The notes beneath the pieces are model-generated. The model was not told the DNA's origin. It saw only the letters and a program-made list of their open reading frames with translations, and made no database searches. A stretch of DNA of 64,000 nucleotides, taken from assembly GCA_963814385.1 (NCBI GenBank), contig CAWFCX010000050.1:123891-187890 (forward strand), read 5' to 3'. Positions 12,284-22,610 of this stretch are shown here, in pieces; the first letter of the stretch is position 1; each line of letters opens with the position of its first letter. Made by a program: the position numbers and the translations under genes. The stretch is from an uncultured beta proteobacterium. Its GTDB lineage: Bacteria; Pseudomonadota; Gammaproteobacteria; Burkholderiales; Burkholderiaceae_C.

Positions 12284-14257
12284 ATGAACGACCGTTTTGA
12301 ATACAGCCTGGCCGGCCAGCTTGATGCTTTGGCATCGTGGCGCGGCCTGCTCGACCGCCGAGCGGGCGATTTGGCGCGCTTTCTGCAAACCCATGGGATG
12401 GACGATGAAGCCAGCGAACGCCACCTCGCGTCGCTGCGCGAGCGCCTAGCCACCGACCGGCTGTGTGTCGCCTTCGTAGCCGAGTTTTCGCGCGGCAAGT
12501 CGGAACTGATCAACGCCATCTTCTTTGCCGATACCGGCCGCCGCGTGCTGCCGGCTACGCCAGGCCGCACGACGATGTGCCCGGTCGAGATCGGCTATGA
12601 CGCGGCGTTGCCGCCGGTGCTGGCGCTGCTGCCGATCGACACGCGCCTGGAAGCGCAGTCGCTGACCGATCTGCGCGCCAAACCGGCACTGTGGACCCGC
12701 TTGCCCTTGGAGCCGTCGCGGCCGGACAAACTTGCCGAGGCGCTGACCGAGGTGATGCGAACCAAAGGCGTGCCCGTCGAGACGGCGCGCGCTCTCGGCT
12801 TCTGGCACGACGATGCGCTGCAGGACAACCCACCCATGCTTGCCGATGGCCTGGTGGAAGTGCCGGCCTGGCGCCATGCGGCGATCAATTACCCGCACCC
12901 GCTGTTGAAGCGCGGCTTGGTCGTGCTCGACACGCCGGGGTTGAACGCCATCGGAGCTGAGCCCGAGCTGACGCTGTCGCTGCTGCCGGCGGCGCACGGC
13001 GTGGTCTTCATCTGTGGCGCCGATACCGGCGTCACCAAGTCCGACCTGGCGGTGTGGCGCGATCACCTCGGCGGCCAATCGATGGCGCGCTACGTGGTGC
13101 TGAACAAGATCGATGCCTTGGCTGATCCGCTGCTGTCGCCCGAAGCGGTGCGCGCGCAGATCGACAGCCAGGTGAAGAGCACTGCGGCCACGCTGGAGAT
13201 CGAGCCGTCGCGCGTCTTCCCGTTGTCGGCGCGCCAGGCGCTGACGGCGCGTATCGAGGGCGACCGCCAAGGCCTCGAAGACAGTCGCCTGCTGGCGCTC
13301 GAGAACGCGTTGGCAACACAACTGCTGCCGCGCCGCCGCGAGGTCATCACCCAGTTGGTGACCGAAACTGCACAAGCCATCGAGCAACAGGCGCAGCGCA
13401 GCGTGGGTGACCAGCGCCGTCAGATCGCCGAGCAGATGCTGGAGTTGCGCGGCCTGCGCGGCAAAAACAGCGGCAAAGTCGCCCAGATGATCCAGCGCGT
13501 CGATGCGGAGGCGAGCGATTTCGAGCGCTGCACCGAAAAGCTGATCGCCTTGCGCGCCGTTCATTCGCGCGTGCTGCGCGAGCAGCTCACCGCTCTGGCC
13601 GCCGACGCGCTGCGCGACGAGGTGGCGCAGATGCAGGATGAAGCGTCGGCCACGCTGTTCAAGCTCGGCGCCAAGAAAGCGTTCATGGCGCTGTGCATGC
13701 GGCTACGCATGCGCATCACGCGCGCGCGCTCGCGCAGCCAGGAGATCCACGAGATGCTGCAGGGCAGCTTCAAGGCGCTAAACACCGAGTTTGGTTTCGC
13801 GCTGACCCTGACGCGCCTGCCGACGTTGGAGCGCACTGACCGCGAGCTGGATCTGATCGAGAGCAGCTACGTGCAGTACCTCGGCCTGTCCAATGCCCTG
13901 CGCCTTGCCGAGCCGCGCTTCATGGAACAGTTTCGGCGCATGCTGCTGTCCAAGCTGAACATCGTGTTTGAGAACGCCAGCGGCGAGATCGAGCTGTGGA
14001 ACAAGTCGGCCTCGACGCAGGTGGATTCGCAACTGCGCGACCGCCGCCGCGGTTTCAAGCGCCGCCGCGAAAGCCTGGAGCGCATCCAAACCGCGTCCGG
14101 CGAACTCGACGCGCGCATCGCTGACCTCGAGCAGCAGGAGCAGCGCTTGCAGGATCTGTGGGCCAACGTGCGCCAGCAGGCCGCGGCGCTGCGCGATGCG
14201 ACCGTGGAGCGCAACACGGCTGCCGGCGGCGAGCACGCGCGCCACGCGGCCGGCTGA
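12284..14257 (+). CDS. dynamin-family GTPase (bacterial dynamin-like protein)
   Basis: ATG at 12284 inside ORF 11762..14257. G1 AEFSRGKSELINA, G3 DTPGLNA, G4 NKID. Long coiled-coil-like C-terminal half. Confidence 0.8.
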   Translation: MNDRFEYSLAGQLDALASWRGLLDRRAGDLARFLQTHGMDDEASERHLASLRERLATDRLCVAFVAEFSRGKSELINAIFFADTGRRVLPATPGRTTMCPVEIGYDAALPPVLALLPIDTRLEAQSLTDLRAKPALWTRLPLEPSRPDKLAEALTEVMRTKGVPVETARALGFWHDDALQDNPPMLADGLVEVPAWRHAAINYPHPLLKRGLVVLDTPGLNAIGAEPELTLSLLPAAHGVVFICGADTGVTKSDLAVWRDHLGGQSMARYVVLNKIDALADPLLSPEAVRAQIDSQVKSTAATLEIEPSRVFPLSARQALTARIEGDRQGLEDSRLLALENALATQLLPRRREVITQLVTETAQAIEQQAQRSVGDQRRQIAEQMLELRGLRGKNSGKVAQMIQRVDAEASDFERCTEKLIALRAVHSRVLREQLTALAADALRDEVAQMQDEASATLFKLGAKKAFMALCMRLRMRITRARSRSQEIHEMLQGSFKALNTEFGFALTLTRLPTLERTDRELDLIESSYVQYLGLSNALRLAEPRFMEQFRRMLLSKLNIVFENASGEIELWNKSASTQVDSQLRDRRRGFKRRRESLERIQTASGELDARIADLEQQEQRLQDLWANVRQQAAALRDATVERNTAAGGEHARHAAG

Positions 14258-14292
14258 ACGCGGCACTCGACACACCGCGCGACACTCGCGGT

Positions 14293-15360
14293 GTGCCAAA
14301 CAAAACCCAAGCTGCGGAAGATGCGTTCGCCGCGCGTGTGATCGCCTGGCAGGAGCGCCATGGCCGCCATGACCTGCCGTGGCAAAACACGCGCGACCCG
14401 TACCGCGTCTGGCTGTCGGAAATCATGCTGCAGCAGACGCAGGTGACGACGGTGCTCGACTACTACGCGCGCTTTCTGCAGCGCTTTCCCGATGTCGCCA
14501 CTCTTGCCGCCGCGCCGCTGGACGATGTGCTGGCGCAGTGGAGCGGGCTGGGCTACTACAGCCGTGCGCGCAACCTGCACCGCTGCGCACAGGTGGTGGT
14601 GCAACAGCACGGCGGTGCCTTTCCATCCGGCGCGGCCCAGCTGATGGACTTGCCCGGCATCGGCCGTTCGACCGCGGCGGCGATTGCCGCGTTCTGTTTC
14701 GGCGAGTGCGTGGCGATCCTCGACGGCAATGTCAAGCGCGTGCTGACGCGTGCGCTCGGCTTCGACGCCGATCTGGCGGTTGCGGCACACGAGCGCGCGC
14801 TCTGGGAGCACGCGCGGGCACTGTTGCCCGCGCATGGCATCGAGCGCTACACACAGGGCCTGATGGATCTCGGCGCGACGCTGTGCACGTCACGCGCGCC
14901 GCGTTGCGACGAGTGCCCCGTGGCGACAACTTGCGTCGCCAAGGCGCAAGGCCGGCCTGAACGCTTGCCGGTCAAGACAAGAAAACTCAAGCGCGGCGCA
15001 CGCCACAACGCGATGTTGTGGCTGGTCGATGCGCACCAGCGAGTCTGGTTGACGCAGCGCGAGGCCAAAGGCGTGTGGGCCGGGTTGTGGACGCTGCCGC
15101 TGTTCGAGTCGCTCGATGCACTGCATGAGTTGCTGCGCGACTGGCCCGGCCGCGGCGAAGCGTTGCCGCAGATAGACCACGCTCTGACGCACTTCGATTG
15201 GCGGCTCGAACCGTGGCAGCACGCGCTCGGTGCGCGTGTGTCGGCGGCGCGAAGGACAGCAATCGAAGGTGTGCTGCCCCGCGGCGCGTGGTTCACCCGC
15301 GATGAAGCGCTGGCGCTTGGACTGCCCGCGCCGATCCGCAAACTTCTGCTCAGCTACTGA
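14293..15360 (+). CDS. mutY: A/G-specific adenine DNA glycosylase
   Basis: Motifs LPWQNTRDPYRVWLSEIMLQQTQV, GLGYYSRARNL and a 4Fe-4S loop CTSRAPRCDECPVATTC. The start is uncertain; GTG at 14293 is the first start after the upstream stop. Confidence 0.88.
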   Translation: MPNKTQAAEDAFAARVIAWQERHGRHDLPWQNTRDPYRVWLSEIMLQQTQVTTVLDYYARFLQRFPDVATLAAAPLDDVLAQWSGLGYYSRARNLHRCAQVVVQQHGGAFPSGAAQLMDLPGIGRSTAAAIAAFCFGECVAILDGNVKRVLTRALGFDADLAVAAHERALWEHARALLPAHGIERYTQGLMDLGATLCTSRAPRCDECPVATTCVAKAQGRPERLPVKTRKLKRGARHNAMLWLVDAHQRVWLTQREAKGVWAGLWTLPLFESLDALHELLRDWPGRGEALPQIDHALTHFDWRLEPWQHALGARVSAARRTAIEGVLPRGAWFTRDEALALGLPAPIRKLLLSY

Positions 15361-15959
15361 ACGACGCCCTTGCCTTTGAGGTACTCGTGCACCAGGCGCA
15401 GCCGCGCTTGCCCGTCAGGAAGGGTCATGAGCTTTTGCTTCGCGGCCAACGGAATCGGCAGGATCTCGCACCATCGGTTGGCGACCCAACCGGCATCGTC
15501 CAGGCGGTAGGGCTCTGCAAACGGCGAGTTGCCTTTTTCAATCAGCGAGGCGATCACTTTCTGCAGCGCGCGCACGGTGGCGAACAGGTCGGGTGCTGGC
15601 GAGGCGCCGTCGTCGGGCATCAGCAGCTCGATCTCACTGCTCCACAACCCGTTGTCCTGCTGCGTCGGCTTGCCGACAATCGTGAAGCGCTCGATGCCCA
15701 GGCAGCGCAGCTTGAGCAGGTTGGCGCCTTCGGCATCCACCGTGTCGATGTGCGCTAGCACGCCGTGCGACTCGAAGCGCACGTTGCCGCGGCCGGATTC
15801 TTTGCCGGCGGCCAGGCAGACCACACCAAAGGGCTTCTTCTCGCGCAGGCACTGACTGGCCAGGTCGAGATAGCGCGCCTCGAAGACCTTCAACTGCAGC
15901 ACGGAGCCGGGGAACAACACGCTCTTCAGCGGGAACAGCAAGACCGTTTGGCGCTTCAT
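15354..15959 (-). CDS. LON substrate-binding (N-terminal) domain protein
   Basis: ATG at 15959 ([33 protein letters not shown]) overlaps the rapZ stop (ATGA). Confidence 0.75.
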   Translation of the reverse strand: MKRQTVLLFPLKSVLFPGSVLQLKVFEARYLDLASQCLREKKPFGVVCLAAGKESGRGNVRFESHGVLAHIDTVDAEGANLLKLRCLGIERFTIVGKPTQQDNGLWSSEIELLMPDDGASPAPDLFATVRALQKVIASLIEKGNSPFAEPYRLDDAGWVANRWCEILPIPLAAKQKLMTLPDGQARLRLVHEYLKGKGVVQ

Positions 15960-16867
15960 GATCCGTGGCTGTCCTGCTCGCGGTGCCGCAACAGGGTTGC
16001 CGCACGTTGCGTGAAGCGCTGCGCGAGCCACTCGGCGGCATAGACCGAGCGGTGCTGGCCTCCCGTGCAGCCCAGCGCCACCGTGAGGTACGCGCGCTGG
16101 CCGTCGTTGAAGGCATCGAGCCAGCGGCCGATGAAGGCCTCGATCTGCGACAACATCTCGGTGACTTCGGGTTGTGCAGCGAGGTAGGCCGCCACCGCCG
16201 CATCGCGGCCGTTGTGTGGGCGCAGCTCGCGGATGTAGTGGGGGTTCGGCAGCACGCGCAGGTCGAAAACGAAGTCGGCATCGAGCGGCACGCCATGCTT
16301 GAACGCAAACGACTCGAAGACCAGCGTCAGCGCGGCGCCCTTGGCGCCGACGGCATCGCGCAGCCAGCGCGCCAGTTGCGCCGGGCGCAACTGGCTGGTG
16401 TCGATCACGGTGGAGAGTTCGCGCAGGTCGGCCAGCAACTCGCGCTCGAGCTCGATTGCGTCGATCAACGCGCGCGGAGATGCACCGGCCGCGTCAGCCG
16501 ACAGTGGATGCGGTCGCCGCGTTTCCGAGAAACGCCGCACCAACGCGTCGGTGCTGGCGTCGAGAAAGTACGGCCGCACGGCCACGCCTTCCCGGCGCAG
16601 ACCATCGAGCAGCGGCAGCAGATGTGGCAGCGAACCGGCACTGCGAACATCTACCGCCACGGCGACGCGCTGCGAGCCAGCTTCGCGCTGCTGTTCGACC
16701 GCGATGAAGTCGCGCAGCAGCTCAGGTGGCAGGTTGTCAACGCAGAAGTAGCCTGCGTCTTCGAGCGCATGCAGCGCGATCGACTTGCCCGAGCCGGAGA
16801 TGCCGGTGATGAGCACCAGATCCAGGGCGCCCACCGCGCCCGCAACCGCTGTCACTGACGAACTCAC
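15956..16867 (-). CDS. rapZ: RNase adapter protein RapZ
   Basis: 303-aa ORF. P-loop GISGSGKS, then [21 protein letters not shown] and [10 protein letters not shown]. Confidence 0.92.
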   Translation of the reverse strand: MSSSVTAVAGAVGALDLVLITGISGSGKSIALHALEDAGYFCVDNLPPELLRDFIAVEQQREAGSQRVAVAVDVRSAGSLPHLLPLLDGLRREGVAVRPYFLDASTDALVRRFSETRRPHPLSADAAGASPRALIDAIELERELLADLRELSTVIDTSQLRPAQLARWLRDAVGAKGAALTLVFESFAFKHGVPLDADFVFDLRVLPNPHYIRELRPHNGRDAAVAAYLAAQPEVTEMLSQIEAFIGRWLDAFNDGQRAYLTVALGCTGGQHRSVYAAEWLAQRFTQRAATLLRHREQDSHGS

Positions 16868-18570
16868 TTCGCGTTGCGCCTTTCTTTCGGATGTGCCTTG
16901 GGCGTCGCTGACGACGCCGAGCCGAGCAGTTCCTGCGCATGGGCCACGCTGGTGGCGAGACGCTCGCCGCCGAGCATGCGCGCCACTTCGGCCACGCGCG
17001 CTTCGCCGCTGACCGCTTGCACGCCGCTTTGCGTGCTGGCGCCGCGTGCCTGTTTGCTGACGACGAAGTGGTGGTCGCCGCAGGCGGCAACTTGCGCCAG
17101 ATGCGTCACCGCCAGCACCTGCCGCGAATGTCCGGATTGGCCGAGCTGCTTCATCAGCCGGCCCACGGTGTCGGCAACCGCGCCACCGATGCCAGCGTCG
17201 ATCTCATCGAAGATCAGGGTGCCCGCGCCGCCATCCGCCCCGCGCGCCGTCGTCACCGCAATCGCCAGCGCCAGCCGCGACAGTTCGCCGCCTGAGGCGA
17301 CTTTGGCCAGTGCGCGCGGCGTGCTGCCGGCGTGGCCGGCGACGCGCAGCTCGACGCTTTCAAGTCCGAACGATTGTGGCTCGTCTTGCGCAATCAGCGC
17401 CACTTCGAAGCGGCCACCGGCCATGCCGAGCTGCTGCATCGCCTGCGTGACCGCGCCGGCGAGTTTCGGCGCGGCCAGCTGGCGCGCCTTGGTGATGCGC
17501 TGCGCTTCAGCGCGCCAGGCGCGCTCGGCGTCGGCGGCGGCACGTTCGAGCGCGGCGCTGTCGGTCGCGGCGTCGAGCTGGGTCAGTTCCGCGCGCCAGC
17601 TCGCCAGCAGCGCGGCCAATTCCTCGGGCGGCCGTCTAAAACGCCGCGCCAAACCGATCCAGGCCGACAGGCGCGTGTCAAGTTCGGTCAGGCGCTGTGG
17701 GTCGATGTCCGCATGCTGCAAGTAGCCCGAGAGCGAATGCGCCGCGTCGGTCAACTGCGCGTGCGCGCTCTGCAGCACTTCGGCCAGAGGCGTCAGTCGC
17801 GTGTCGATGCGCGCCGCCTCCGTCAATGTGTCGGCAGCCTGCAATGTCAGCGCTGCGGCGTTGGTGTCGGCATCGGACACAGCATCGAGCGCGCCTTGCG
17901 CCGCCTCGATCAACGTTTGCGCATGTGCCAGCCGCGTGTGTTCGGCATTGAGCTCCGGCCATTCGCCTTCAGCCGGGCCGAGGCGATCGACCTCACCGAC
18001 CTGCCACACCAGCCGCTCGCGTTCGCGCTCGATCTCCGCGCTTTGCGAGCGCGCGCGTTCGAGCGCGGCGGTGGCGTTTTTCCATTGCGCCCAGAGCGCC
18101 GTCAGCGGCGCCGGGTCCACACCAGCTTCGCTGTCGAGCAGCGCGCGCACCGCTGCCGGCCGCGTCAGGCTCTGCCACGCGTGCTGGCCGTGGATGTCCA
18201 CCAGTGCATCGGCGGCTTCGCGCAGTTGCGTCACCGTGGCCGGGCTGCCGTTGATCCAGGCCCGGCTCTTGCCTTGCACATCGATCGTGCGTCGCAGGAG
18301 CAGCGTGTCGTTCGAGTCGAAGCCGGCGTTTTCGAGCCAGGCTCCAAGCGATGCGGGGGTATCGAACTCGGCGGCGATCTCGGCGCGCGCCGCGCCTTCG
18401 CGCACGACGAGCGCATCGCCGCGCGAACCGAGCGCCAATTGCAGCGCGTCGATGAGGATCGACTTGCCGGCGCCGGTCTCGCCGGTGAGCACGGAGAAGC
18501 CGGCGCTGAACTCGACTTCGAGTTCGGGCACGATGACGAAGTCGCGCAAAGAAAGGCGTCGAAGCATCAC
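16864..18570 (-). CDS. recN: DNA repair protein RecN
   Basis: 568-aa ORF. Walker [15 protein letters not shown], long coiled coil, C-terminal [11 protein letters not shown] and [12 protein letters not shown]. Confidence 0.95.
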   Translation of the reverse strand: MMLRRLSLRDFVIVPELEVEFSAGFSVLTGETGAGKSILIDALQLALGSRGDALVVREGAARAEIAAEFDTPASLGAWLENAGFDSNDTLLLRRTIDVQGKSRAWINGSPATVTQLREAADALVDIHGQHAWQSLTRPAAVRALLDSEAGVDPAPLTALWAQWKNATAALERARSQSAEIERERERLVWQVGEVDRLGPAEGEWPELNAEHTRLAHAQTLIEAAQGALDAVSDADTNAAALTLQAADTLTEAARIDTRLTPLAEVLQSAHAQLTDAAHSLSGYLQHADIDPQRLTELDTRLSAWIGLARRFRRPPEELAALLASWRAELTQLDAATDSAALERAAADAERAWRAEAQRITKARQLAAPKLAGAVTQAMQQLGMAGGRFEVALIAQDEPQSFGLESVELRVAGHAGSTPRALAKVASGGELSRLALAIAVTTARGADGGAGTLIFDEIDAGIGGAVADTVGRLMKQLGQSGHSRQVLAVTHLAQVAACGDHHFVVSKQARGASTQSGVQAVSGEARVAEVARMLGGERLATSVAHAQELLGSASSATPKAHPKERRNAK

Positions 18571-19448
18571 ACGACTCCTTCGTACCAGCGCAGCTTGCGT
18601 CTCAACGTCGCGTAATAGCTCCAGCCCTTTGGATGAAGAAACCGCACCCGGTGCGCCGAGCGCTTCATGCGCACCTGGTCGCCGTGCTGCAGGCTGGCCA
18701 GGCTTTGCATGTCGAAGTTGGCCGAGACGTCGCGCCCCGAGACGACGGTGATGCGCACCTCGCCATCGTCAGGCAGCACGATCGGCCGATTCGACAGCGT
18801 GTGCGAGGCGTTGGGCACGAGCAGCCAGCCGCCGATGCCCGGATGAAGGATCGGCCCGCCGGCCGACAGCGAGTAGGCGGTGGAGCCGGTGGGCGAGGCG
18901 ACGATCAAACCGTCGGCGCGCATGTTGGCGACGAACTCGTCGCCGACGTCGACGCGCAACTCGACCATGCCCGCAGTGGCGCCGCGCGTCACGACGACGT
19001 CGTTCAGCGCCACGCTGGTGAAGATGCAGTCGTCACCGCGCCACACGCTCGCATCGAGCATCGCCCGGTGTTCCTCTTCGAACTCGCCGCGCACCATCGG
19101 CGCCAGCGCGTCCTTGAAGCGATCGACGGGAATGTCGGTGATGAATCCGAGCCGGCCCTGGTTGATGCCGATCAGCGGCATGTCGAAGCGCGCCAGCTCG
19201 CGCGCGATGCCGAGCATCGTGCCGTCGCCGCCGACGACCACCGTCACGTCGCATTGTTTACCGAGCTGCGCGGCGTCCTGCGCCGCGTAGGCGGTGATGC
19301 CGGTGGCCTGCGCCGTGGCCACTTCGAAACTCACGTCCAGCCCTTGTTGAACGAGGAAGCGCGCCACGTCTTCGAGCAGCTCGCGCATGCCCTGCGCCTG
19401 GGGTTTGCCCACGATCGCGGCGTGACGAAAACGCTGGGGAGTCGGCAT
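18567..19448 (-). CDS. nadK: NAD kinase
   Basis: ATG at 19448 ([15 protein letters not shown]); the track ORF begins at a TTG at 19487. Motif [11 protein letters not shown]. Confidence 0.88.
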   Translation of the reverse strand: MPTPQRFRHAAIVGKPQAQGMRELLEDVARFLVQQGLDVSFEVATAQATGITAYAAQDAAQLGKQCDVTVVVGGDGTMLGIARELARFDMPLIGINQGRLGFITDIPVDRFKDALAPMVRGEFEEEHRAMLDASVWRGDDCIFTSVALNDVVVTRGATAGMVELRVDVGDEFVANMRADGLIVASPTGSTAYSLSAGGPILHPGIGGWLLVPNASHTLSNRPIVLPDDGEVRITVVSGRDVSANFDMQSLASLQHGDQVRMKRSAHRVRFLHPKGWSYYATLRRKLRWYEGVV

Positions 19449-19492
19449 GGGCGGATGATAGAGGTACTCTCTGAGCGCAAAATTCAAAGGTC

Positions 19493-19576
19493 ATGAAACC
19501 CCAAGCTCACTTTGTTCGCGTCCCCCGGGGGGAGAGTCGGCGTCTTGGGGCGGCCTGGCAACACCGACATGGATGA
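19493..19576 (+). repeat. short copy (A) of the GC-rich structured repeat family, carrying a 27-codon ORF that overlaps the hrcA start
   Basis: About 75% nucleotide identity to 30958..31039. The [30 protein letters not shown] ends at TGA 19574-19576, overlapping hrcA ATG 19569. Confidence 0.6.
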
Positions 19577-20588
19577 CCGTGCGAAGTCCCTGCTGAAAAC
19601 CCTCGTCGAGATTTACATCGCCGAGGGCACGCCCGTGGGCTCACGCACGCTGTCGCGCGCCTCGGGCCTGGAACTGTCGCCGGCGACGATCCGCAACGTC
19701 ATGGCCGACCTGGAAGAACTCGGCCTGATCGCCAGCCCGCACACCAGCGCCGGGCGCATCCCCACGGCGCGCGGCTACCGCGTCTTCGTCGACACGATGT
19801 TGACCGCACGGCCTTTGGATTCGGTGCAGCCGCTGTCCAATTCGGCGCGTGAGCAGTTGCAGCCGGGGCAGCCGACGCGCGTCATCGCCAGCGCGGCGCA
19901 CATCTTGTCCAGCCTGTCGAACTTTGTCGGCGTGATCACCGCGCCGAAGAAGGCCAGCGTCTTCCACCACATCGAGTTCATGCGCCTGGGCGAGCGGCGC
20001 GTGCTGCTGATCCTGGTCGCGCCCGATGGCGATGTGCAGAACCGCGTCATCATGACCGCGCGCGACTACTCACAGGCCGAACTGGTGGAGGCGGCGAATT
20101 TTCTCAACGCGCACTACGCCGGTCTGTCGATCGACGCCGTGCGCGAGCGCCTGCAGCAAGAGGTGGAAACGCTGCGCAGCGAGATCGCCGCGCTGATGCA
20201 GGCCGCGGTGCAGGCCGGCACCGAGGCCATTGCGAGCGAAGAACAGCTGGTTGTCAGCGGCGAGCGCAACTTGCTCGCGGTCCAGGACTTCGGCAACGAC
20301 ATGGGCAGCTTGCGCAAGCTGTTCGACCTGTTCGAGCAAAAGACGCAACTGATGCGCCTGCTGGACGTGAGCAGCCGCGCCGAGGGCGTGCGCATCTACA
20401 TCGGCGGCGAGTCGGGCGTGGTGCCGTACGAGGAGCTGTCGATCGTCAGCGCACCCTACGAAGTGGATGGGCGTGTCGTCGGCACGCTCGGCGTGATCGG
20501 CCCGACACGCATGGCGTACGACCGCATGATCCAGATCGTCGACATCACGTCGAAGCTGGTGAGCAATGCGCTGAGCGCTCCGCGCTGA
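19569..20588 (+). CDS. hrcA: heat-inducible transcription repressor HrcA
   Basis: [30 protein letters not shown]-terminus, inside ORF 19512..20588. Confidence 0.93.
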   Translation: MDDRAKSLLKTLVEIYIAEGTPVGSRTLSRASGLELSPATIRNVMADLEELGLIASPHTSAGRIPTARGYRVFVDTMLTARPLDSVQPLSNSAREQLQPGQPTRVIASAAHILSSLSNFVGVITAPKKASVFHHIEFMRLGERRVLLILVAPDGDVQNRVIMTARDYSQAELVEAANFLNAHYAGLSIDAVRERLQQEVETLRSEIAALMQAAVQAGTEAIASEEQLVVSGERNLLAVQDFGNDMGSLRKLFDLFEQKTQLMRLLDVSSRAEGVRIYIGGESGVVPYEELSIVSAPYEVDGRVVGTLGVIGPTRMAYDRMIQIVDITSKLVSNALSAPR

Positions 20589-20647
20589 CGTCTGCCGAGC
20601 GCGCCGCGCGGACGACTGCGCTGCGCGGCCAACAGCACAATGCAGCG

Positions 20648-21535
20648 ATGTCTGCATCCTGGTTGGTCGTCTTCGCATCGTTGCTGTTCGCAACAATGGG
20701 GGTCTGCGTCAAGCTGGCCTCCGCGCACTACGGCAGCGGCGAGATCGTGATGTACCGCGGGCTGATCGGCGCGCTGATGATCGGCGTCGTCTGCCGCTGG
20801 CGCGGCGAGTCGCTGCGCACCGCCTTGCCGGCGCAGCATTTCCTGCGCAGCCTGACCGGCGTCGTGGCCTTGTGTCTTTGGTTCTACGCCATCGGCAAAC
20901 TGCCGCTGGCCACGGCGATGACGCTGAACTACACCTCGTCGTTGTGGCTCGCGCTGTTCTTGCTCGGTGGCGCCATGGTGCTGCGAACGCAGCCCGTCGA
21001 TGCCCGGCTCGTCGCTGCGGCGCTGGCCGGATTTGTCGGCGTCGTGCTGGTGCTGCGTCCAACCGTCGATCAGGATCAGTGGTGGCACGGCCTGGCCGGT
21101 CTGCTGTCGGGCATGGTGTCGGCCGCCGGCTATTTGCAGATGGCGGCTCTGGGCCGTGCCGGCGAGCCGGAGAGCCGCACCGTTTTCTACTTCTCGATCG
21201 GCGGCGTGCTCGGCGGCGCGGCATTGACGAGCCTGACGGAATGGCATGCGCACGATTGGAGCGGCGTCGGCCTGTTGCTCGCGGTGGGCGTGCTGGCCAC
21301 GGCGGCGCAACTGATGCTGACGCGTGCCTATACGCGCGGCCGCACGCTGGCCAATGCGAGTCTGCAGTACCTCGGCATTGCCTTTTCCTACCTCTACGGC
21401 GTGCTGCTGTTCGATGACCGTGTCACCTGGATCGCGGTGCTCGGCATGCTGCTGATCGTCGGTGCCGGTGTGTGGGCCACGCGTTTGCGCATGCCGGTCG
21501 CAGCCACGGCTCCAAGCGCGCCCGACAAGCCCTGA
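20648..21535 (+). CDS. DMT-superfamily (EamA-like) transporter
   Basis: 295-aa ORF with about 10 hydrophobic segments and duplicated EamA-type halves. Confidence 0.75.
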   Translation: MSASWLVVFASLLFATMGVCVKLASAHYGSGEIVMYRGLIGALMIGVVCRWRGESLRTALPAQHFLRSLTGVVALCLWFYAIGKLPLATAMTLNYTSSLWLALFLLGGAMVLRTQPVDARLVAAALAGFVGVVLVLRPTVDQDQWWHGLAGLLSGMVSAAGYLQMAALGRAGEPESRTVFYFSIGGVLGGAALTSLTEWHAHDWSGVGLLLAVGVLATAAQLMLTRAYTRGRTLANASLQYLGIAFSYLYGVLLFDDRVTWIAVLGMLLIVGAGVWATRLRMPVAATAPSAPDKP

Positions 21536-21725
21536 CCCGCGATTTCGCGCGGTCTCAGCGCAGGCTCGGCGCCAAAACGGGGGCAGCGCCGGGTTGCTTG
21601 ACATCGTTTGGTCTTCCAATGGCGCGGAGCGGCGCAAGGCTCTATACCTGGGCGGCGCGGTCACGGTCTATTCGGGCCGCAAGTACCCGCACTCATCCGC
21701 TCCCCAGATTGGAACTGACACTGTC

Positions 21726-22592
21726 ATGCGCAACAAATATGGAAATGCCGCCGCCGTCGACGAGGTCGATGGTTTGCCGCTGGCCGATCTGGCCGCTGTG
21801 ATCGAACACGCCTGGCGCGCCGGGCCCGGCGCCGTCCACCCTCCCGTGGTGCACGAAGCTGTCGAGTACGTCATCGATGCGCTCGACGCCGGGCGGCTGC
21901 GCGTGGCCGATCGCCAGGGCGTCGGCCAGTGGACCGTCAACCAATGGGTCAAACAAGCCGTGCTGCTGTCGTTCCGCCTGAACGAGAGCAAGCTGATGCG
22001 CAGCGGCGACCTGTCTTACTTCGACAAGGTGGAGTCCAAGTTCGCCGGCCTGGACGAGGCCGAGTTGCGCGCCAGCGGCGTGCGCACGGTGCCGCCGGCG
22101 ATGGTGCGGCGCGGCGCCTACCTGGCGCGCAACGTCGTCGTGATGCCGAGCTTCATCAACATCGGCGCCTATGTCGGCGAGGGCACGATGGTCGATGGCT
22201 GGGTCAATGTCGGCTCGTGCGCACAGATCGGTGCCAATGTGCACCTGAGTGTCGGCGTGTGCATCGGCGGCGTGCTCGAACCGGTGCAGGCGCAGCCGAC
22301 GGTCATCGAAGACAACTGCTTCATCGGCGCGCACTCGTCGGTCGTCGAAGGCGTGATCGTCGAACAGGACTCGGTGCTGGCGATGGGCGTGCACCTGGGC
22401 CAGAGCACGAAGATCCTCGACCGCGAGACGCGCCAGGTGAGCTATGGCCGCGTACCGGCCGGCTCGGTGGTCATCGCCGGCACGCTGCCGTCGGCCGATG
22501 GCGCCTACAGCACCGCCTGCGCGGTGATCGTCAAGCGGGTCGATGCGCAAACCCGCGCCAAGACCAGCATCAACGAGCTGCTGCGTTCCTAG
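21726..22592 (+). CDS. dapD: 2,3,4,5-tetrahydropyridine-2,6-dicarboxylate N-succinyltransferase
   Basis: ATG at 21726 inside ORF 21462..22592. Hexapeptide-repeat region ([41 protein letters not shown]) and C-terminal KTSINELLR. Confidence 0.88.
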   Translation: MRNKYGNAAAVDEVDGLPLADLAAVIEHAWRAGPGAVHPPVVHEAVEYVIDALDAGRLRVADRQGVGQWTVNQWVKQAVLLSFRLNESKLMRSGDLSYFDKVESKFAGLDEAELRASGVRTVPPAMVRRGAYLARNVVVMPSFINIGAYVGEGTMVDGWVNVGSCAQIGANVHLSVGVCIGGVLEPVQAQPTVIEDNCFIGAHSSVVEGVIVEQDSVLAMGVHLGQSTKILDRETRQVSYGRVPAGSVVIAGTLPSADGAYSTACAVIVKRVDAQTRAKTSINELLRS

Positions 22593-22610
22593 GTTCGCGC
22601 CGGCCTCGAC

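Noticed and set aside
19449-19568. Looked for a CIRCE operator (TTAGCACTC-N9-GAGTGCTAA) or an obvious sigma-32-type promoter in front of hrcA
   Set aside because: No inverted repeat resembling CIRCE is present by eye. Only the repeat/uORF element was found, and it is reported separately.
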